Part shown: positions 58,652 to 64,000 of the stretch, piece after piece
Position numbering within the stretch: position 1 is the first letter of the stretch
Layout of the letters: the number at the start of each line of letters is the position of its first letter
DNA from: an uncultured Alphaproteobacteria bacterium
Lineage (GTDB): Bacteria > Pseudomonadota > Alphaproteobacteria > Rhizobiales > Xanthobacteraceae
Direction of reading: 5' to 3'
DNA length: 64,000 nt
NCBI GenBank assembly: GCA_963697025.1
Contig: CAVOMM010000008.1
Location: forward strand, 263,741-327,740
Notes under the pieces: model-generated
What the model saw: the letters and a program-made list of their open reading frames with translations, nothing else
The model's database searches: none
What the model was told of the DNA's origin: nothing
Made by a program: the position numbers and the translations under genes

Positions 58652-59383
58652 ATGAGCAAAGACCGCGCGCCGGCGCCAACGCGCAATCCGGCCGAGCCCT
58701 CGGCAGCATCCGGCCGCGCGGAAATCGATCAGTTTCTGCAACGCGTCAAGGCGCTCGACCCGGCGGTCGAGTCTGGCCAGCGCGGCCGGCTGATTTTCGC
58801 CCTCGATGCCACTATGAGCCGGCAGCCGACCTGGGACAGCGCCTGCCGGCTGCAGGCCGACATGTTTCGCGAAGCGGCCGCCGCCGGCGGGCTCGATGTC
58901 CAGCTCGTCTATTATCGCGGCCTGGCGGAATGCCGCGCCTCGCCATGGGTCGCCGAGGCGAAGCGGCTCGGCGCGCTGATGGAGCACATCGATTGCCGCG
59001 GCGGCCATACTCAGATCGCCAAGGTGCTCGCCCATGCGCGGCGGGAAAACGATGCCCGCAAGGTCGCGGTGCTGGTTTTCATTGGCGACGCCATGGAGGA
59101 ATCGCTCGACGATCTCTGCGCGGCCGCCGGCGAACTGGGCCTGCGCAACGTCAAGGCATTCATGTTCCAGGAAGGCTCCGATCCGGTCTGCGAGCAGGCG
59201 TTTCGCGAAATTGCCCGCCTGACCGGTGGCGCGTTCTGCCGCTTCGCACCAGGCGCCGCGCACGAACTGGCCGAGCTGTTGCGCGCCGCGGCGGCCTATG
59301 CCGCCGGCGGCATGAAAGCGCTCACGGCGCTCAAAGCGCGACAAAGCTCGGGCGCGGTCTTGCTGCTTGAGCAGATGAAATAG
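58652..59383 (+). CDS. VWA domain-containing protein
   Basis: MIDAS-like LIFALDATMSRQ, ...GGHTQIAKVL..., and VLVFIGDAMEE. ATG 58652. Confidence 0.6.
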   Translation: MSKDRAPAPTRNPAEPSAASGRAEIDQFLQRVKALDPAVESGQRGRLIFALDATMSRQPTWDSACRLQADMFREAAAAGGLDVQLVYYRGLAECRASPWVAEAKRLGALMEHIDCRGGHTQIAKVLAHARRENDARKVAVLVFIGDAMEESLDDLCAAAGELGLRNVKAFMFQEGSDPVCEQAFREIARLTGGAFCRFAPGAAHELAELLRAAAAYAAGGMKALTALKARQSSGAVLLLEQMK

Positions 59384-59401
59384 CCGAGCTGCGAAGAAGC
59401 C

Positions 59402-60109
59402 ATGCCCGAAATTCTTCTCGGCGTTATCGTGCTCGTGCTCGGTCTATGGGCGGTCAATTCCTTCTCCAAGGCCGACCCCAAACAGGCGGCGCGGGTGCTG
59501 CGCGCCATCGGCGGCGCGGCGGCGCTGATCTTTGCCGGATTTCTGCTGCTGCGCGGCGAGATCGGCGTGGCCGTGACGGTCGGCCTGTTCGGCCTCGGCC
59601 TGCTCGGCTACGTGACGCTGTGGCCGGCGACTTTGGGCGCGCGCACGCAGAAAAGCGCCGGCCAGGCCTCGCGCGTGCGTACCGACTATCTCGAAATGGA
59701 GCTCGACCACGACAGCGGCGCCATGCATGGCCGCATTCTTAAGGGTCGGCTTGCCGGCACGGCGCTCGACAGCCTCGACCGCGCGGCGCTGATTAATCTG
59801 TTGGGCGAGATCGACGCCGACAGCCGCGATCTACTTGCAGCTTATCTTGACCGCCGGGCGCCCGGCTGGCGTGAGCACGCGCAAGGCGATGCGGGTGCGA
59901 GCGGCGGGCCGCGGCCGTCGTCCGGCGGCAAAATGACTGAAGAGGAAGCTTATCAGATCCTTGGCATTCAGCCCGGGGCGAGCGCGCAGGACATCAGTCG
60001 CGCCCACCGCTCCCTCATGAAGAAACTGCATCCCGACCAAGGGGGGACGACGTATCTTGCGGCCCGCGTCAATGAGGCCAAGGACGTTCTTCTGCGCCGC
60101 CATCGCTGA
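59402..60109 (+). CDS. Membrane-anchored J-domain protein (DnaJ-like)
   Basis: N-terminal TM helices and a C-terminal J domain (EEEAYQILGIQPGASAQDISRAHRSLMKKLHPDQGG). Confidence 0.8.
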   Translation: MPEILLGVIVLVLGLWAVNSFSKADPKQAARVLRAIGGAAALIFAGFLLLRGEIGVAVTVGLFGLGLLGYVTLWPATLGARTQKSAGQASRVRTDYLEMELDHDSGAMHGRILKGRLAGTALDSLDRAALINLLGEIDADSRDLLAAYLDRRAPGWREHAQGDAGASGGPRPSSGGKMTEEEAYQILGIQPGASAQDISRAHRSLMKKLHPDQGGTTYLAARVNEAKDVLLRRHR

Positions 60110-60241
60110 GGTACTCCATACCAACCTCGCGTGGCCTTCCAACTCCGGCTGACAACCCGCACGCGCCCCGTTTGCCGGGGACTTGGAACATGATGGGGAA
60201 AGGTTGACGCCGCCTTTCCGCGGCGATCCCGCTCGAAAAAA

Positions 60242-61960
60242 TCAATCCTTCAGCGCCATGCACTGGAAGTCGCTGCGCTTGAGCTCGCGGCAGACGGCTT
60301 CGGCGGAGGCCTGCTTGTCGAAGCCGGCGAAGCGGGCGCGATAGAGCGCCTTGTCGCCCTTCTGCACCCGCTCGGTGAACGGGTCCTTGGCGGCGAGCGC
60401 GGCATGCAGCTTGAGCTGCGCTGCGCTCAAATGCTCCTTGGCATCGTTCACGTCGTCGAAAGCGCCAATCTGGATCAGCCAGCCGCCACGCGCGTGAATT
60501 GGCCTGGACGGTATGGCGGTCTCGAGCTTGGCGGGTTGCGCGTCGGCGATCTCGGCGCGATCCGCTTCAAGCGGCGCCTGTTCGACTTTGGCGGCGACGT
60601 TGGCGGGGACTTGCGAAGATACTCGCGCGGCGGGCGCGATCGGCATCGGTTCGGCGGGCGCGGGTGGCGCGGCTTGCGGCGCCGGAGTTTTGAGATCGAT
60701 GGCGGGCGCCGCCGATGCGACTACGGTCGGCCGCTGCTCGGTGACGGCGGCGGCAGCCTGCGCCTGCATGCTCGGTTGGGACGCCGTGGGCTGCAGCGCC
60801 GGAGGCACGACTGGCACCAGCATCGGCATCGGCGCCAGCGACGCGGTTTGCACCGGCACCGTGCGGTAAGAAATGGTTCGCACCAAGACCGGTTTGATCG
60901 GAGCGTTGGAGCCGGCGGCCGGGGCATTGACGCTTGCCGTTGGCGTCGGATCGGCGCGCGAGGCGAACGAGGTCGAGGTGAGCTTGGTCGACGACAGAGG
61001 AGAATTGGCGAAGGCGATCGGCTCGTTGTGATGGATGGTCGCGTCGGCGATCATCGGCGCGGTGCGATGCAGCGCGGCTTCCTTGATGTGGTCGGCGATC
61101 AGTTCGCGCATGCGCGCGTCGCGCTCGGATGCGCTCGGACCGCCCATGACCACGGCGACCAAATAGCGTCCGTCGCGATGCAGCGAGGTGAGCAGATTGA
61201 AGCCGGAGGCCCGCGTAAATCCGGTCTTGATGCCATCGACGCCTTCGACCTCGCTCAACAGGTGGTCGTGCCCGCGGATGGTTTCACCGTGAAAGACGAA
61301 GGCCTGCGTCGAAAAGTATTTGTAATAGCGCGGGAAGCCATCCTGGATGGCGCGGCCGAGCAAAGCCTGGTCGCGCGCGGTGGTGATCTGATCGTCGTCC
61401 GGCAGGCCCGACGCGTTGACATAAGTCGTGTGGGCCATGCCCAGCGCGCGGGCCTTCTGCGTCATCATCTTGGCGAAGGCTTGCTCACTGCCGCCGAGAT
61501 ACTCGGCAATGACGACTGCTGCATCATTGGCGGACCGGGTGACGATGCCCTTGATGGCATCCTCGACCGTGATGGTCTGCCCGGGCTTGAGCCCGAGCTT
61601 GGTCGGGTCCTGCTCGGAGGCATGTTGGGAAACCGGCAGCGGCGTATCGAGCTTGAGCCTGCCGGCGTCGAGACGCTCGAACAACAGATAGAGCGTCATC
61701 ACTTTGGTCAGCGACGCCGGATGGCGCAAGGCGTCCGGATTCGACGCTTGCAGCACCGCGCCGCTGTTGCCGTCGATCATGATCGACGCAAACGGCGGAT
61801 CGTAGCCTTCGGCGCGGGCGTGATGATGGTGGATCGAAATGCGATGATGACGGTGCGCGACAGCGGCATCGCTGTTGATGGTGAGAGCCGCTGCGAGCGC
61901 GGCCAAGCTCAAGAGACCGCCACGAACCCCGTTACGGGCTCCGATATTCACCCATGCCAT
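60242..61960 (-). CDS. D-alanyl-D-alanine carboxypeptidase (S11, PBP5/6-type) with a Pro/Ala-rich linker and a C-terminal SPOR domain
   Basis: SLTK, SAND and KTGFT active-site motifs. The C-terminal GGWLIQIGAFDDVNDAKEHL...YRARFAGFDKQASAEAVCRELK is SPOR-like. ATG 61960. Confidence 0.85.
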   Translation of the reverse strand: MAWVNIGARNGVRGGLLSLAALAAALTINSDAAVAHRHHRISIHHHHARAEGYDPPFASIMIDGNSGAVLQASNPDALRHPASLTKVMTLYLLFERLDAGRLKLDTPLPVSQHASEQDPTKLGLKPGQTITVEDAIKGIVTRSANDAAVVIAEYLGGSEQAFAKMMTQKARALGMAHTTYVNASGLPDDDQITTARDQALLGRAIQDGFPRYYKYFSTQAFVFHGETIRGHDHLLSEVEGVDGIKTGFTRASGFNLLTSLHRDGRYLVAVVMGGPSASERDARMRELIADHIKEAALHRTAPMIADATIHHNEPIAFANSPLSSTKLTSTSFASRADPTPTASVNAPAAGSNAPIKPVLVRTISYRTVPVQTASLAPMPMLVPVVPPALQPTASQPSMQAQAAAAVTEQRPTVVASAAPAIDLKTPAPQAAPPAPAEPMPIAPAARVSSQVPANVAAKVEQAPLEADRAEIADAQPAKLETAIPSRPIHARGGWLIQIGAFDDVNDAKEHLSAAQLKLHAALAAKDPFTERVQKGDKALYRARFAGFDKQASAEAVCRELKRSDFQCMALKD

Positions 61961-62196
61961 TGCGCACCCCGTCCCTGAACGCGCCCAGCCCCCGAAAGGC
62001 CGCCCCTTTTTGCACCTGTGGGCGTGTGCTCCCCCCGCCAAATAGCAGCCGGATTTAAGGCCGCTTACGCCGACGAGAGAGGCATTTCCCTACGCGATCG
62101 TTACCTTTACAACACGGTCAAGCACGTTAGGCGAACGCCGTTGCGAAAGGGTTAAGTCCCCGCCGCGCCGCTATTTTGTGCATTTGACGACACCCG

Positions 62197-62225
62197 TTGC
62201 ACTCTATTGTGCACTGCACTATAAT
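62197..62225 (+). promoter_or_regulatory. Putative sigma70-type promoter of the phasin gene (TTGCAC-17 nt-TATAAT) embedded in TGCAC repeats
   Basis: TTGCAC at 62197-62202, a 17-nt spacer, and TATAAT at 62220-62225. The surrounding sequence is TTGTGCAtttgacgacacccgTTGCACtctaTTGTGCACTGCACTATAAT. Confidence 0.5.
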
Positions 62226-62327
62226 ATCATCGATGCCGCAAACGGCCTTTTCAAGGCAACGGGCCCACGCGGAGCCCAAGCGGGCTTTAACCATAGCGCA
62301 CACAGCCGGTCGCCCCGAGGAGCCATC

Positions 62328-62657
62328 ATGACCAACGAAGAGATGCAGAAATTCGGCAAGGACAGCATGGAGACGATGATGTCGTCGTTCGGCGCGTGGT
62401 CGAAAAGCGCCCAAGCCATCGCCGTCGAGCTCACCGACTTCTCGAAGAAGTCGCTTGAGGATTCCGCCGCCGCCTGGGAGCGCCTCATCGGCGCCAAGAC
62501 CCTGGAGAAGGCGATGGAAGTGCAGAGCGACTATCTGAAATCCTCGTATGAGGATTTCGTCGCCGAAGCGACCAAGCTTAGCGAGCTCTATGCCGGTCTC
62601 GCCAAGGAGGCCTACAAACCGTTCGAGGGCGCCTTGGCGAAAGCCGGGATGAAGTAA
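62328..62657 (+). CDS. Phasin family protein (PHA granule-associated)
   Basis: 109 aa, Ala/Lys/Glu-rich helical, with FGKDSMETMMSSFGAWSKSAQAIAVELTDFSKKSLEDS. GAGGAG RBS before ATG 62328. Confidence 0.8.
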   Translation: MTNEEMQKFGKDSMETMMSSFGAWSKSAQAIAVELTDFSKKSLEDSAAAWERLIGAKTLEKAMEVQSDYLKSSYEDFVAEATKLSELYAGLAKEAYKPFEGALAKAGMK

Positions 62658-62692
62658 CGTATTACGGCGTCGTCGCCAGGATTACCGAGGCT

Positions 62693-62896
62693 TCACACCT
62701 TCGGAGGCAGCGCGGACTCGATCGCAGCGGCGATGCGGGCGAGCGTCTGCTCGATCCGGCTGACGCGAAAGGCGATGTGCTCGAGCGCATAGGCCGCACG
62801 CTTGTCGGCCGACGGCATGCTCTGGGCGTCGTAATCCGGAACGAACTCCGCTTCCATTTCGCGTACGAGTCTCGCCCGCCGGGTGAGGTCGACCAT
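62693..62896 (-). CDS. Small hypothetical protein (67 aa)
   Basis: AGGAGG lies 5 nt upstream of ATG 62896. No family recognised. Confidence 0.45.
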   Translation of the reverse strand: MVDLTRRARLVREMEAEFVPDYDAQSMPSADKRAAYALEHIAFRVSRIEQTLARIAAAIESALPPKV

Positions 62897-63212
62897 GGTC
62901 ACCTCCTATCGCAGTTGCTGCCGTATTTTGCGCGATCAATAGCCAAGTCGGCGGCCGGCACCAATTGGTCCCTGCGCGGCATCGCGCAGGGATCGTCGCC
63001 GGCCGGCCTTGGTGGTCTTGCCGCGAATCGTTTGCGGCTATGCCGAATTTGCCGGAAACGGGTTGCGCGTGCCGGTGGGCGGCATATCTGACGGCCTCGG
63101 CGACGCCGCAAAACCATATCAATGTGACAGAACTCGCGGAATCGCCGGCCGCCGCAATTAATGCATAGCGGCAACGCTATCGATTTGGCACGGAAAGCGC
63201 ATTAGCTTTATC

Positions 63213-63659
63213 ATGGCGCATCGGGGGCACCGCAAGCCGCCGCGCGAACAGCGCCAACCGAAGGTCCGGAAGACGAACGAACCAATGCCGCCGCTTGACG
63301 TTACTATCACCGTACGACCGGTCCGCCTGGCCGACGACGATCGCAAGCGCAAAGGCGATGGCGGTCCCGGCACGGCGGTCATTACCAAGACCAAGCCGCA
63401 GACCAAGCGGCCGAACCTTTATCGGGTGCTGCTGCTCAACGACGACTACACGCCGATGGAGTTCGTGGTCCACGTCCTGGAGCGGTTCTTCAACAAGGAT
63501 CACGAGGCGGCGCATCGGATCATGATGCATGTGCATCAGCACGGCATCGGCGAATGCGGTATCTTCACCTATGAGGTGGCGGAAACTAAAGTGACGCAGG
63601 TTATGGACTTTGCCCGCAAACATCAGCATCCTTTGCAATGCATCATGGAAAAGAAGTGA
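63213..63659 (+). CDS. clpS: ATP-dependent Clp protease adaptor ClpS
   Basis: [26 protein letters not shown]....A..IM..VH..G...CG.FT.EVAETK. The basic N-terminal extension makes the start uncertain. Confidence 0.9.
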   Translation: MAHRGHRKPPREQRQPKVRKTNEPMPPLDVTITVRPVRLADDDRKRKGDGGPGTAVITKTKPQTKRPNLYRVLLLNDDYTPMEFVVHVLERFFNKDHEAAHRIMMHVHQHGIGECGIFTYEVAETKVTQVMDFARKHQHPLQCIMEKK

Positions 63660-63700
63660 TTCCGGGGGGAAGCTTCCAATACAAACGATGAGAAGTTGAA

Positions 63701-64000
63701 ATGCCCACGTTCTCGCGCAGCCTCGAACAGTCGCTTCACCGGGCTCTGGCCCTCGCCAACGAGCGTCATCACGAATACGCCACCCTGGAGCATCTCCTCC
63801 TGGCGTTGATCGAGGATCAGGATGCCGCGGCGGTGATGCGGGCATGCAACGTGGATCTGGAGAAGCTGCGCCGCAGCCTCATCGCCTATCTCGAATCCGA
63901 ACTGGATAATCTGGTCACCGACGGAGCGGAGGACAGTAAGCCCACCGCCGGCTTTCAGCGTGTCATTCAACGTGCCGTCATCCACGTACAGTCCTCCGGC
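63701..64000 (+). CDS. clpA: ATP-dependent Clp protease ATP-binding subunit ClpA (N-terminal part, runs off the window)
   Basis: MPTFSRSLEQSLHRALALANERHHEYATLEHLLLALIEDQDAAAVMRACNVDLEKL, the Clp_N repeat. Absent from the ORF track because no stop lies in the window. Confidence 0.9.
   Translation, partial: MPTFSRSLEQSLHRALALANERHHEYATLEHLLLALIEDQDAAAVMRACNVDLEKLRRSLIAYLESELDNLVTDGAEDSKPTAGFQRVIQRAVIHVQSSG

Noticed and set aside
58439-61978. ORFs 58439-59344 (-) and 60404-61978 (+)
   Set aside because: They are antisense to the VWA gene and to the carboxypeptidase gene (SLTK/SAND/KTG motifs). Their composition is typical of GC-rich noise.
1-64000. Search for tRNA, rRNA, transposase and integrase genes
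   Set aside because: I saw no T-loop/acceptor-type sequences in the intergenic regions, no rRNA-like stretches, and no DDE or tyrosine-recombinase-like ORFs. tRNAscan or Infernal would be needed to confirm formally.

Overview
This is a high-GC, almost fully coding chromosomal segment. Its gene content and synteny look alphaproteobacterial (Rhizobiales/Bradyrhizobiaceae-like): Bug/TctC binding protein, NnrU, panC next to mipZ, phasin, and lptF-lptG-lptD-surA-pdxA-rsmA.

Most of the window is conserved housekeeping:
- panB, a yfgM-like gene plus der, and purF-cvpA-radA-alr followed by dnaB
- rpsF-rpsR-rplI and fabD-fabG-acpP-fabF-mltG
- yicC-gmk, and rsmA-pdxA-surA-lptD-lptG-lptF divergent from pepA-holC
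- a biotin-dependent acyl-CoA carboxylase, panC/mipZ, a PBP5-type carboxypeptidase with a SPOR domain, phasin, and clpS-clpA

The main accessory element is a complete, apparently intact type II-C CRISPR-Cas9 locus at about 50.8-56.6 kb:
- cas9-cas1-cas2 lie on the minus strand.
- The array has 13 identical 36-bp repeats and 12 spacers.
- A predicted tracrRNA is transcribed divergently just upstream of cas9.
- The anti-repeat strand and a terminator after the last repeat indicate that the array is transcribed antisense to the cas operon.
- A degenerate second anti-repeat-like element lies between the array and cas2.

Other accessory or unusual items:
- A higBA toxin-antitoxin pair is wedged between alr and dnaB.
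- A LysR/SRPBCC/DUF899 cassette is flanked by a duplicated 5' end of the ArsC-family gene yffB.
- The left edge (1-3.3 kb) is more AT-rich and holds a decayed gene plus a possible toxin/immunity-like pair.
- Apparent single-nucleotide frameshifts occur in mltG and at the 5' end of panC. These could be real lesions or assembly errors.

I recognised no rRNA, tRNA, transposase or integrase genes. Start codons are often uncertain because the ORF track over-extends N-termini in this GC-rich DNA.
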